This document shows, piece by piece, positions 29,401 to 41,543 of a DNA stretch of 64,000 nucleotides (the stretch's first letter is position 1; the number at the start of each line of letters is the position of its first letter). Below the pieces are notes generated by a model. It was not told the DNA's origin, ran no database searches, and saw nothing but the letters and a program-made list of their open reading frames with translations. This stretch comes from Adineta vaga (taxonomy: Eukaryota; Animalia; Rotifera): positions 1,116,001 through 1,180,000 of the forward strand of contig CP075496.1 of assembly GCA_021613535.1 (NCBI GenBank), given 5' to 3'. A program made the translations under genes and the position numbers.

Positions 29401-29961
29401 TGTAAAGTTTATCATCCGATCGAAGTAATTGTTTAACTTTTTCCGAATTCAACAGAAAGTCACTTGATGAAGAAATATCTGTTATATCCATAATTCACTA
29501 TTATGAATTTTGTATAAATCTGAAGAAAAAACATTCGAAATACTACAAAGAAACACTTGTATAGACGGAGAGAAATAGTCGACATTGACTCTTATCTGTA
29601 CATATTCAATATTTAACATATAAGAAGTTTGTTCGTTTCTGTACATGATGCAACACTCGTGTGTATCGACGAATCGTACCTACACAATAATTGACTGTCT
29701 TTTAGTGACCTCTGGGGTAGAAATAGAAAGACTGGTCGTCATGAATTACCAGAACTTATGTAAAAGCGTTAAAGTTAAATTTATAAAAATTTATCATACC
29801 GCACGGCAGGACGAGGTGATTCATCCTGTCCTGCCTGCCGCTCCGCTACATCCGTCCTGCAGAGCGGACAGGACAGGACAAAAATTGAGCTCCTCGCCTG
29901 CAGGACAGGACAGGACAGGAGGGCAGGATTCGCCGCACATCCTGTCCTGTGCTCAGCTCTG
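26457..29961 (-). mobile_element. Full-length hAT DNA transposon (3505 bp)
   Basis: 8-bp TSD ATTTCGAC at 26449-26456 and 29962-29969. 19-bp TIR CAGAG[G/C]TGAGCACAGGACA with 1 mismatch. GC-rich subterminal CAGGA pentamer arrays at both ends. Confidence 0.95.
26935..29491 (-). CDS. hAT transposase (Hermes/hobo-like), 5 exons, one apparent frameshift near 28290-28320
   Basis: BED finger CFKC...HEMKC, DLRPFSIIEDSGF, catalytic CPDFWTD, SDRGSN, CFGH (CxxH), RW motif, and PATSTSVERQFS in the dimerisation domain. Confidence 0.9.
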
Positions 29962-31116
29962 ATTTCGACACATGTTAACAATACTGATAAACGAAATATA
30001 GAAGTTGATGATGTTGAAAAAGCTATTCAAGCAAGTTTAATTACATTTCGAGAAGAAATAATTCGAAGAGAAGAACAACATGAAATGAATCCTTATTCAA
30101 TCAGACATTTTCATCATTATCCGATCAGAGTGATTTAGATGATGATGATTGTTTCGATGAATAATTATTCTTTTTTATATAAAAAATATCTCATGTCTGT
30201 TCTTTTCTTTTAGCATTAATTTTATGCCCTATCTTGTTTGTCTTTGAATCTGAAATCTAAATAATCAGACGAATTTATGTTTATTTTATGTATATAAAAT
30301 TCTTTTTTATTCATTGATAAATGATATTCTCAAATAATCATAAACTCAACTTTTAATAAATAAAAAAACAGACGTATGAAGTGCAATAGTTTATCTTTCT
30401 TAGATAAAATTCTCTATTTTGATATTTATATCTTAATATATGAACGAAAATTAGATTTTTATAAAAGATTCAAAGATTTATTCTAATTAATAAAAAATTA
30501 TATTTAATCTTGAAAGTTAACATATAATAACAATGTAGATCCAAATTTATAATCTCATCGGTTCGAGAATTATTATTCTATACAATATAATAATTCCTAT
30601 TAATTTATTATCTATCATATTTATTTTATTCGATTTGCCTTTCAGTTGTCTTTGTTTTCATTATAACTATAAGTATGTTGATCAGAGAGCTTTTCTTACA
30701 ACAATAAAATTTGATTTTCTTCTTCTTCATAAGAATACTCTCTATCATACTTTATTCTTCAACTTCTATTTGTATTTCTCGCAGTATGACTAAATTGCGT
30801 CAGTACATGATATAAACCATAGACTATTGAGAACATTCTTAATATAAATTTAAAAATAGTATCAAATATTCGTGTGAATAAAAGAATGAAAATATTGATG
30901 AAGATTCAAACCTTCCTTGTATCATATTTATTCAATAGAATGAGAATATAAATCTTATACTTTGTTTATTAAATACTGAACAAATTCCAGATTTGAGAAA
31001 AGAAAGAATTTCTTCATTGATCAATTTTGTCTATAGAAAAACAACATATCATTATTTATATTGACGGATGATGTATCGGTCAAAGCAAATATATAAACAA
31101 ATCGATCATATTGTCA

Positions 31117-32846
31117 ATGAATGAAATTAGAATGAATATGGAGTATTCACGTATTGAATTAAATGATTTACCTGATGAAATTCTTCTCATCATATTGAAA
31201 AACTTAAACAATTTTTATATACATTATTCTTTACAAGGTGTTAACCAACGACTAAATCAAATTATTCGAGATTCAATTTTTATAAAACATTTAAGTTTTA
31301 TTAAACGATCTTCAAATAATCTCATTGATCGACTTTCTGATAAAACAATACTTCGTCGATTTTGTTCACAAATTTTACCTGAAATTCATGATAAAATCCA
31401 ATATTTGGCTCTTGAATCAACATCAATGAAAAGTGTTTTACAAGCTGCTTATTATCCTAATTTATATTCTCTTGCATTATTTAATGTTGATAAAAAGTCA
31501 TTTCGAAGTCTTTTAAAAAGTAAAAATAATCTAATTAATTTGCTCTTGAAATATTTTGATATTCTTGTATGTTTAGATAAAATTCTTTCAGCTAGTATAT
31601 TCAGAACTCAAATTACAATACTTAATCTTTCATGTACTAAATATGAATCTTTTTATGACATGTTATCATCAGTAGCAAACATATTTCAACGTATTTTTCC
31701 TGTTTTTATGAAACTAAAAAGTTTAATATTAGCTGATCGATGGTATCACAATTGTGTTCGATTAAATTTCGATGATTTACTAATTGACAATTTTCGTTCA
31801 TCAACACTTTTATATTTCGATATTAAAGTACAATCTTATAATGATTGTCTTTATATTCTTGATGGTCGTTTCGATCAACTTCATACATTGATTATTGATG
31901 TAGTTAACCCTTTTGATACAGGCGATGTTAAAAATCGAGTTTGTTTCATTATGAGAAATCTTTATTGATTGAAAAGAGTTTTTCTTTCTAGGATCATTTG
32001 CCAAATTTAAAATATTTCTCTTTAACATGCAATTTGGAGACATCTTTTGATAATGGAACAATTCTTTCACTTCTCCATCGAATGTCGAATCTTGAACGAC
32101 TTGGCTTATATATTGCCATTGCAGTCGACAGTAACAGAACATTTATTGATGGAAATTATCTGAAGAAACACATTCTTAATTCTCTGATAAAATTAGATGA
32201 ATTTCAATTTTCTATTACTTCACAAATGGCTAGTCTGATGCAAATCAATTTATCATCTACAAAAGAGATTGAACAAACATTCATTGATTTTAAAACTAAT
32301 AATATTATTTCTTCTATTAATTATTTTCCAGAAAGTAACATAAGTCAATGTCATATTTATTCATATCCATTTCAAATGATATATTACAATAATATTACAA
32401 ATAAATTTTCAGGTGGATTATTTCAACATGTTCGCACAGTATCATTATTTGATGAAAAACCATTTGAACATGAATTTTTCCTTCGAATTCAAAAATCATT
32501 TCCATTCATGGAAGACTTATGTATCGAAAACAATAAACCACAAAATCGTGAACAATCAAATGAAAGTTTATCTCTTATTCAATATTCTTTTCTTCGTGTA
32601 CTTCGCATTTGCAATGTTCATGATGATTATATAGAACAATTTCTCTCTGATACGAAGACGCATCTATCAAACAGTATCAATCTTTATATCAAACATGAAT
32701 CTTTAGAACGAGTGACATACAGTTTTACCCGTGAAAGTACACGAATTAATTCTAGAAACGTTGATCAATTATATTTACGAGATGAAGCAAAACGTTCAGA
32801 TCCTTTAGAAAACTATTTTCCTAAGGCGAAAATATTTTTTAAATAA
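31117..32846 (+). CDS. F-box domain protein of the type expanded in bdelloid rotifers, 3 exons
   Basis: N-terminal LNDLPDEILLIILKNL F-box, followed by LRR-like segments DCLYILDGRFDQLHTL, HIYSYPF and LFDEKPFEHEFFLRI. Confidence 0.85.
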
Positions 32847-33255
32847 ATATCTTTTAAAGATACAAAGGAAAATCATGCAACTTTGTTTTTGTTGTTGAAA
32901 CAGAATTTTGATAACAAATTCTTAAAGTTCCGTTTTTTCTTGACTTTAACTAAGATTGTTGCAACATGCACATACAGAGATAGAACGCCACTTTCTATTT
33001 TACTTGTGTTTTCAAACTTAGACTTCATAGTTTATAGGAAAAAGAAACTGAAAGACGAAAAGAGACATCTAAAGAGAAAAGTTAAATACGGAATTGACAA
33101 ACGAAAGAATGGAATTTGACGAAGAGATAGATGATCGTTCGAACAGAAAAAGAAAATCTTACTAGTACGAATAGTGAATGATTCATATTAATATCCGTTG
33201 TTATTTTCTCAAGAATAATTTCTATTGCATAACCTTTTTATTTTTAGATTAATTA

Positions 33256-34180
33256 ATGATGAGTAAAGGAAGTGGCAAAGAAAAATTAGAATATTTTTGT
33301 CGTCATTTCCATGAATGTATGGAAAAAAAAGGTTTTCATTCAACATTCGAAGGAGTACGAATAGAGATTATTTATATAATACTAATTGATGATTTTTAGG
33401 AAATTGATAAGCTTCTTGCACTCGGTAAAGGATCCAACAGACAAACTGTTTTTAATTATGAGTATGGTACTACGGAATTTATATTAACAGTAAAGCAACT
33501 AAAAGGAAAAATTAGTTTCACTCTTCAAGTAAGTTAAATATTTTTGCATAATAAAAGTATTATAATATGAATATTTGATTTAGAGGGATAAAACTTCATT
33601 TGACATCGATCGAGAAGTTGAAACAGACTTGTTGATGAAATTCGACAACCCAGGACAATCATCCCGGTAGTCGGAAACGGCGCCTTAAGCGACCGAAAAC
33701 GGTTAGAAAACGGCAATTTACTGCCTTAATTTTGATCGTATTTTTATACATTTCTGGGTTAACGGATCACGGTAGCGTATTAGTGCCGGTTTTCGCCGTT
33801 TTCCCATTGTTTAAGGTAGTTTACGACGCCGTTTTCTTAGACCTGGGATAAACTCTCGCACAATTATCAGTAAGATTTTTTTTTTGAAAAGGTGAAACTG
33901 ACTTTTCTTTGTAGAATAATCAATCATGAGCAATTCAACAATAAAGTTGAATCAATTCTTCATGAAATTCTGGATAAATTATCAAAAATAGATCCAGCAA
34001 TAGGTTTTGTACGTGAGCAAGAACGACGACTTGATCAATCGAACGATAAAAGTAAAGAACAAGATCGTGTTTGTGATGATCGATTGGGAATCTTACTAGA
34101 GGTTATCAACGAAGACAAGAATCGAAATCGAGTCGTATCAACAGACAATGATGAATTTAAAATCATAAGACATCATCTTA
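33256..34180 (+). pseudogene. Decayed multi-exon gene of unknown family, with a MITE in exon 3
   Basis: Exon-like blocks with GT/AG ends (MMSKGSGKEKLEYFCRHF; EIDKLLALGKG...ISFTLQ; RDKTSFDIDREVE; NKVESILHEILDKL) but inconsistent phases and a MITE insertion. Confidence 0.4.
33649..33847. mobile_element. MITE with CCCAGG...CCTGGG termini
   Basis: Terminal inverted repeats CCCAGGAC / GACCTGGG, an ACGG/CCGT-rich interior, and GC content above the flanks. Confidence 0.7.
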
Positions 34181-34689
34181 TCAGATATGGGAAAATAGAT
34201 AAAAGAATTTCAATGAGAAAATCACCATACAATTGTTTTTCTTTTGATTCTATTTGTTATAGTCTTAAATGTTTTTTAATGAAAAAAAACTTTGTCAAAT
34301 ACTCATATTGCTGAATACTTATATCCCATTTTAATAGCTCAAGTTTTTTATCATTCAAACAAAAATATCCAATGTTTGACATTGTTTAGTCTTCTTATAT
34401 TGTCGACAATATCGATAAACAAAGACGTATTTTTTTCACTTTAGTATCAAAGAATCAAATATAATTATAATAAGCAAAAGAACATAGGAAAGTCAACATT
34501 TTGAGTATGGAAATAAAGAGATAAATATGATTGGAGTTTGTTTTTGTTTATTCGATTCTATTTGACAATGTAGAAATTATTTTTGATACAAAACAGACCA
34601 TTTATATAAAATAAAAGATAATTATATAAGTAGAAATGTTTTGATTGCGATATGTTCTTTGTAATATAAGAATAAAGAGGTCGAACTTA

Positions 34690-35236
34690 TATCGAAGTTC
34701 ACTATTTATAAAGTTCATCTTTTATTTCTTTTCGAAACTGTTCATCATCAGTCATTGAATTTTCTTCTGATGGATTTTTCATTGGTTTCTTATTTCTGAA
34801 TACCATTTGATTTTCGGTTCAGTTCCACTTGCACATATTGTGATTTCACAACCATTATCAAAATAAAATGTGATCATTTATGTTGATGATGAATAAGAAA
34901 AAGTTGGTTTTTAATCTTTTACTTCACCACGAAAATCAGCTTCAATTCTAACAGTTAAATCACAAATACCAGTTATGTCATATGTTTCACATGATTTTGA
35001 ATATAGACGTTTTCTTCGTCTTTATTTTGTCCATCTTTTGATTCTTTTTCATTTTTACCAAGATGTGATTTAATTTTATTTGAATATTGAACGAGAACTT
35101 CCGGTTCTTTCTTTTCACCTTTGACGTCCTTTCAAGGGAAAACAAGAAGTCTTTATAAAAATGAAAGAAAATCTTTCTTTACTTGTGTTATATTTTGATC
35201 TTTTCTTTGATCACAATGTCTCAAACGATCAAACAT
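34690..35236 (-). pseudogene. Phosphoglucomutase-2-like C-terminal fragment, with stops and frameshifts
   Basis: MFDRLRH...SCETYDITGICDLT...MITFYFDNGCEITICASGTEPKIKWYSE matches the PGM2 domain-IV motif (MITFxFxNG...RxSGTEPKIKxYxE). Internal stops are present and no 5' part is visible. Confidence 0.75.
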
Positions 35237-35389
35237 TTTCAAGACAAATTATTGACTTGATATATTATTCTGTATCAGTCGTAATACTTAACATATAATT
35301 TCTGCATTTCTCTAAAATTGAGAAAAAAGGTCATGTCTCTTATGAATCTGTTTTCAAAGCATCAAAGACATTTTCTAGCATCCATTTAT

Positions 35390-35529
35390 ATTAACGGTTA
35401 ACGGATTGAATAGAAATAGAAACCGTTAACCGTTATTTTTAACGTTAACGGGTTTGAATTAATTTAATAATAACGATTAACGGATTGAGTTAACGTTTAT
35501 TTTAAATAAACGTAAATGTCTCACCCCTA
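35390..35529. mobile_element. One end of a hAT-type MITE with TTAACGG subterminal repeats
   Basis: Cluster of TTAACG(G)/CCGTTAA motifs ending in ...TCTCACCCCTA (reverse complement TAGGGGTGAG, a typical hAT terminus). The partner end was not found. Confidence 0.5.
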
Positions 35530-35731
35530 AATCTAATAGCGTTTATTTCAGAAACACTTTCATATTCGGTACATTAAACAGATTTTAATGATCGTTTCGA
35601 CGTTTTCACTCAGATGCTTTTACTAAATTAATTTCTCCATTAGACTAACAATATTCTATCTCATTAAACTTATCTACAAAAGCTAAAATATATGTGACTT
35701 TCATATTTCATTTGAAAAATTGCACATAAAG

Positions 35732-36668
35732 ATGGATTTAACCAACGTTATTGCTATTATACAGATGTTCATTTACTTGATTATAGCTTTATTATTCCTT
35801 ATTTGTCTTCTACCGATCATTTTCATCAAGCGTTTTCACACTATACATAGTATTTTGATAGGAAATTTTTGTATGATATATGTTGTATACGGCTTTCACT
35901 GGTTTATCACAAGAATCATCAATGTGTTTCATCCGCAGATACTCGCACAAAATCCTGCTTTATGTACGCTACTAGCTTATACTAGTTTTCTGGTGAACTG
36001 TCTGTCACCTTATTCTTTAGTAATAATTACTATCAACAGATGCTTCGTCACACTTTATCCATTGAAAAGATTTTTCAAAAGACAAATTTGGGCTTATATA
36101 TCAATAATTACACAATGGATATTCACCCTACTCTCGACAACACCATATCTAGTTGTTTGTTACCAGGTAAAATCAACAGAACAGAGATAAAAATACGTTT
36201 TCTTTTTATTTGTAGGCCTGTTACTTCTATATTTTTCCGCATTATTGGGTTGTAATGTATATTTTATTCATGGTGATAGTAATTCCTTTGATTTTTCAAA
36301 TAATTTTTAATTTGATTACCTTCATCACTGTTCGATCATCCACTCGACGTATCCATGACACAACAACAATAACTGGCATGTCTGAAAGTAATACTTCACG
36401 ACAACAGTATACTCGAGATATGCGACTACTCAAACATATACTTTTCATGTTTGTGGTATTTATCTTTGGATGGGCACCTTATTATATTATTATAGCTCTT
36501 CCAGATGATATCTTTGCAAGAATACCATCATGGATAATCATTAGTTTACAAATTCCACCTGTGATCAGTTCTGTAATCCAAGCAGTGGATTTGTTCATTT
36601 ATAGTCGTGAAATTCGCCAGTATTTGAAAAAACAACTCTATCACTGTTGGCAATTAGTTTGCACTTGA
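35732..36668 (+). CDS. Rhodopsin-like 7TM GPCR (lineage-expanded chemoreceptor type), 2 exons
   Basis: Seven hydrophobic segments, ITINRC at the DRY position, TM6 VFIFGWAPYY, and intron ~36167-36215. Confidence 0.85.
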
Positions 36669-37385
36669 CGAAAGAAAAAGTTATGAAGCCGAAAGTCTGA
36701 TGGCATCGAACTAGACGAAGTTTTATGTTTGTCATTCGTATAGTTTTCCATGTGAAACAGCTTCTAATAATCAATCATAGTGTTAAATGTTGAACATGTT
36801 GATGTTGTGAATTCAAATGAAATATTCCTTTTAATTTTGCCTATTTTCTTCTGCGCCATGTCTCTATATAATAAAAAATTAATTTATAAAACTGAATGCA
36901 ACTCATTCCAGTATATGAACATAATAGATTAGATCCCTAAAATGCAATAAAAATTAAAAAAAAGCTTTTTCATCTTCAGGAAGATGAATAAGTCAAGTAT
37001 GGAAAAGTAATTTGATGAGCATTCAATCGACTAATTTTGTAATGTCAAAAGACTCGATTGAAAGTAATCTTTTGCCAGGAGGGTATTGCTATTATTTTAA
37101 ATAGGACAGCTAATGAATTTTATACCAAAGGAGAATCCGGCAAAAACAGGTTTTATTCGTACTAAACGATAAAGATTATGCAATTTAGTTGTATGGTAAA
37201 AACCACAAAGTTTGAGAAACTTTGCATAATGTGACCATTATTATTCATTGTTGACGACATTTAGCACAAAGAAACAACGAAATCTGTAGAAAAATTAAAA
37301 GAAAATTGTCATAATGGTCATGATCAATAATCATGATTCAGTAAACGTTAGGTTCTTTTGCGTTGTGTTGTCTACACCTCGTAGC

Positions 37386-39852
37386 TACCGGGGAGAAAAA
37401 AGATTTTTTACTTTTCTCATGTTAGAACGCAGTAGAATAGGAAGTGCAAGCATTTATTAGACAACACATAAGATCATTTTCTGATCAAGATATTTTATAA
37501 AAATTCTATCCTCCGTATAAAGCTAACAAGCTAGTTACTGTAAATGGTTGGCATTTACTATACTGAAGAGCAGAATTATTGACAGAATTAAATTTATCGT
37601 TTTTCCTGAAGCTCGATATGCTGGTGCAACACCCAGGACGAGTAATCCAGTGTCCGGATTCCGTCAATCCGACAATTACAGACACTCGGATCTGATAGTC
37701 GAAAAACCACGGAACCGACAGAATCCAGCAAATTTTTTACACACTTTCATAAAAAACAATTCAAATTGCTGTTATTAAAATGACACATTCATTTATTTTC
37801 AACTTTTTATATAAATCACAATAAAAAAAAATATTATAATAACAAAATATAGGTGCATGAAAGACAATTTTACATTAACATTTTGTTTCACTAAAACAAA
37901 AACAATAAAAGTTAAAATTCTTACTTGGACAACTCTTCAAGTTAGATTTTATTTAATATATCACCAGGAAATGAAAGACTATGTCGGTGTGCTTTATAAT
38001 TACGTTTACGTTTATCAGCCAGGAAATATGCTAATTTTAGTAGAATTAATTTACTGTAAAAATACACGACTTTATCCGTAGCAATATGATATTTATTGTG
38101 CATAGAATCTAAAAAGAAGTACAGATTCGACAAATGAAAAGTATGTTTACCAAAATTATGTCATCTTGCTTAATATCAATAAAAGTAAAAAGCGCACACC
38201 ATGAAAAAATGAAAAAATAGGAAAAAACTGTTAATAAAAAAATTTACCAGTCAAACTGGAATAAAACGAAAATAAAAATGAATATATACTATCAAAAAAC
38301 GGAACCTTCATTCATGTAGACCGTCATATAATTTACCGACTATTTATCTATCGTGTTAATAGATCTCACTTAACTCTACATATAATCCTTTCTAAATACT
38401 AAACATCTACTTTTTGAAAAATACTGATAGCTTTTAGTAATGACAAGTCTATCATTGCTTACAGATCATTAAAAACATATCAGAAATAAAAATTAACTGG
38501 AGTAGCTCATATAGTGCCTGATGGTATAATACGCGGCTACATCCAATAGATTCCGATAGTCGGATGATGTCGGAGTTTTTAGGGAGCCGACAGGATCCGA
38601 TGGAGTATTTTTGACCTGAGGGCATTTCTCAATCAACAATGAGTCGTGGAGACAGTTCACCGGTTGCTCCGTTTCGTTACTGATTCGTGAGGAAAATCGT
38701 ATGACCCGTGCTTTGCTAATTATTCAAAAGTTGGTTTCAAACTTAAATTATCTCAAGCTAGTCAAGACATCATTCGTAAAGCAAGTGGCCGGCAAGGAAA
38801 AGTCTGTGCTGTTATGACAATGGAAATTGCACAAAAGCAAAAAGAATTTGTCACTCGACGAACAGTTAATAGTTACCGACATAGAGAAGATTTCAAAGCT
38901 TGCCATGGTATTCTAAAACCGTTAAACGCTGAAACTCATATATCAGATCGAGTATGGTTGTGTCACTGGTTGAAAGATCAGACTGAAGAAGGCTTTCTTC
39001 ATTTCACATCGTCTGATGAGTTTTGTGTGTGGATTGTTTGTCGACCAAATTATCAAATCGATCGAATTTGGACAAAAAGTGTCTGTGATATCGAAGAAGA
39101 TGAACGTTCTCGTGAAATGACTGGAGATAAAGCATGTATCGAGATTTTTTTATCTTTACCGCAAAAAGGTGAATCTTAGACAAGTCAATATTTTCGTGAT
39201 GTAATTTTGATTGAACATGTAGTTCCGCTCTTAATAGATGAAGAAGATGTTATTGATGTCGATGAAGTTGCATTACTTCGTGGTAAAGCATCATGTATGC
39301 GAGTATATCAAATCCAACATTTGCTTTAAGACAATGATGTTAAATTTTGGGGCAATAATATCTGGTCTGGAAATTTATCCGATTTGAACATGACCGAACA
39401 TATTGGAACAATAATTAAGAATGAAGTTGAAGAAAGGTGCTACTCGAAACCAAAGAATCTCAATATCTTGACGAAACGCTCAAAATGCACATTTCAGATG
39501 TCCTGCCAAATGTGGAAACCGATACCAATCTATTTGAAACTGTGCTATGTTCGCATCCATCTCGACCTCGTGTCACACTGACTATTGATTGTATTCATAA
39601 GACAGTGGGAAAATAAAGAGTTTATATTACTTTCAGTTCTAATTTTATCTCATCGATAGATTTCTTCATACTTATAACTTTTACAACTTCATTCATCAAG
39701 ACATTTCAATACAGTAAAGTTATCATAACTTCATCATTTAGTACAAAAATGGCCCCATTTTTGACGGGCTTTCTTTTGGTATAAAATTCATTAGCTATCC
39801 TATTTAAAATAATAGCGATACTTCTTGATAAAATATTATTTCCAACCCGGTA
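37386..39852 (+). mobile_element. Decayed Tc1/mariner (ITm) element with DD37E-spaced transposase relic
   Basis: Imperfect TIRs TACCGGGGAGAAAAAAGATTTTT vs TACCGGGTTGGAAATAATATTTT, bounded by TA. Relic motifs FTSSDEF, (H/D)KASC and WSGNLSDLNMTE, with 37 codons between the second D position and E. Many stops. Confidence 0.75.
37632..38620. mobile_element. Non-autonomous element (CCCAGG...CCTGAG ends) nested in the Tc1-like transposase
   Basis: Termini resemble the 33649 and 60037 MITEs, with CCGA/TCGG subterminal repeats. Removing it rejoins host codons GCT GGT GCA ACA TTT (AGATF). Confidence 0.65.
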
Positions 39853-40107
39853 TATCCAAATCATCTTGCTCATCATAAATTAATATTTTTATTGAAAAAA
39901 AGAAATTAAAGTTTTCGAATTGTTATTGAGATTACTGTGAACAAAAGCGAAATATAAGAAAATGGAAAAAACATCTTAGAATGTTCATAGAGGTCGAAGA
40001 TACTTTGAGGCTGCACCGCTGTCACCTAGATCACTAAACAGAAAATATCACATGAAAATGATTTCTTTCCATATAATCATAAACACTCACTAGTACCTGT
40101 TTGTGTC

Positions 40108-40308
40108 CTAACAAATAGGAAGGAAAGGAGGCCACGGACAAGGATTGCCGCGCTTTTCGGTCAGTACCTCGAGGAAATCTCGCACACTGAAGCGCTTTTC
40201 ATCCATAAAGTCTTCTTCGACGTTGCGGTGAGGGTAACTGTTGGCCGCCATGATGATGAAGAAAAGTAAAACTGCAACTAGAACCAGGTGAATTTGTTTG
40301 CAGCGCAT
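40108..40308 (-). CDS. 66-aa secreted prepropeptide releasing a C-terminal disulfide-looped peptide GNPCPWPPFLPIC
   Basis: Single exon: signal peptide MRCKQIHLVLVAVLLFFIIMAANS, acidic pro-region, two KR dibasic sites, and 2 Cys in the last 13 aa. GC is higher than the flanks and a TATA box lies upstream. Confidence 0.8.
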   Translation of the reverse strand: MRCKQIHLVLVAVLLFFIIMAANSYPHRNVEEDFMDEKRFSVRDFLEVLTEKRGNPCPWPPFLPIC

Positions 40309-40378
40309 GTCGAATGTCGGATTGAAAATGATCAACTGTATTGAAAGTTGTTTCAATTCGTGTAAATATCGATGAGGT

Positions 40379-40385
40379 ATTTATA
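40379..40385 (-). promoter_or_regulatory. TATA box of the peptide precursor gene
   Basis: CTATAAATA on the minus strand ~70 nt upstream of ATG 40308. Confidence 0.55.
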
Positions 40386-41229
40386 GTGTTGATTGGGAAA
40401 AGGGAGAAAAAAGTTAATTGTAGTTTGTTTTTTATTTGATTGACGGTAATCGAAGCGTATCAGGTTGTTTTTGTGAAGAAAAGATTGTATACTCAGTTGA
40501 AGACGAAAAAAAAGAGAATGACTCTCGCCGTCGATGTTAGATGGTTACGAAGGATGAGAAGAATAACTCGGGACTACGTTGAGGGATAAAAATTAAGAAA
40601 TATAGAAGAGATAAAATAACGACGAAGTAGAAGTACGGTCTAGGAAAGAAATAACCCAGGAATTATGATAAAGGAAAAATTAAAAAATACTTCATCACTT
40701 TGTTCTTGAAAAACAGTTTATTCTTTGTCGAAAATATTCATTGAATTGTAATGAAAGCGATTTTGATTATATCACATAGAAGGCCGTGTTTCAACAGAAT
40801 GTTTTTTTATTTTCCTTCTCTTAGATTAGATGAAACTTTCAAAGGAGAAAGCGTCTTGCAACAGTTATGCTGAACGAAAACTATATAGAATTTACAGACA
40901 GCACTTTTAAGTATCTTCATAGAATCTATTATCATCAAGAGAAACTTTGGTGTATATGTTGTTGAAAAGAAAGTTTGTTTTAAAACGCAATAATTGGATT
41001 TTAAAATTTGGATTTCTTTTTGTAACAAATTGCACAAGATTAGATACTTATTTAGTGTTCAATTCAAAGACGTTCATATGATAAGAGAAACTTCTTTCGA
41101 TCATTATTGAAAGAGATAAACAAACAGAAAACGTCAGCATGTGACAGAGATTAAGTGAGGCATTGTATTTTTGTTTTCATACAATAGTAAATATACATAT
41201 TCAGATGCAGAATAAACCGTCAAAACATA

Positions 41230-41543
41230 ATAATAATAATAATAACGTCCCATAGGCTTAACGCCCGTAGGGGCCGACCACGGTTATTATTTATTTTTTC
41301 CACATGCAGCCGGGTTCTACCATCTTTTTCTTTTTACGGACGGCGGCATCTGCACTCTCTTCCGTCCAACATACTGACTAAGCGTGTAGTCAATACGAAT
41401 GACTCATGTAGTACGAGTCATTTTAGACAGCTTAGCCGTTAATGACTTGTCCAGGGTCATTCCATAGATGATATTACTGATGTTTGAACACAGTAACTTG
41501 TACTTACGCGTCGAACAGCGTAACCACTCAACCGTGGCGGCAT
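41230..41543 (-). mobile_element. tRNA-derived SINE (~314 bp) with (TTA)n tail and 11-bp TSD
   Basis: TSD GTCAAAACATA at 41219-41229 and 41544-41554. The 5' head GCCGCCACGGTTGAGTGGTTA is A-box-like, followed by a GTTCAAAC B-box. The 3' end is GC-rich, then TTA repeats. Confidence 0.8.

Larger units (their letters stand above)
25491..30138 (+). pseudogene. Small membrane protein ORF (TM helix plus UIM-like motif; resembles the C-terminus of RNF217-type RBR ligases) interrupted by two DNA transposons
   Basis: Removing the piggyBac-like element and the hAT, with one copy of each TSD, restores one frame: MFLLTIPIAVVGAITVLAVGTTIVVPSYGTYRLIKHIRSKR...SLISTHVNNTDKRNIEVDDVEKAIQASLITFREE...RVI*. Confidence 0.6.

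Noticed and set aside
37070-37170. Possible RTE-LINE endonuclease relic (EGIAIILNRTA)
   Set aside because: Too short and degenerate to support.
41372-41425. Hammerhead ribozyme-like arrangement on the plus strand
   Set aside because: The core reads CTGACTA and CGAAT rather than CTGANGA and CGAAA, and G-U pairing favours the minus-strand fold.
41470-41543. tRNA gene
   Set aside because: Only A/B-box-like motifs are present; there is no complete cloverleaf. It is the SINE head.
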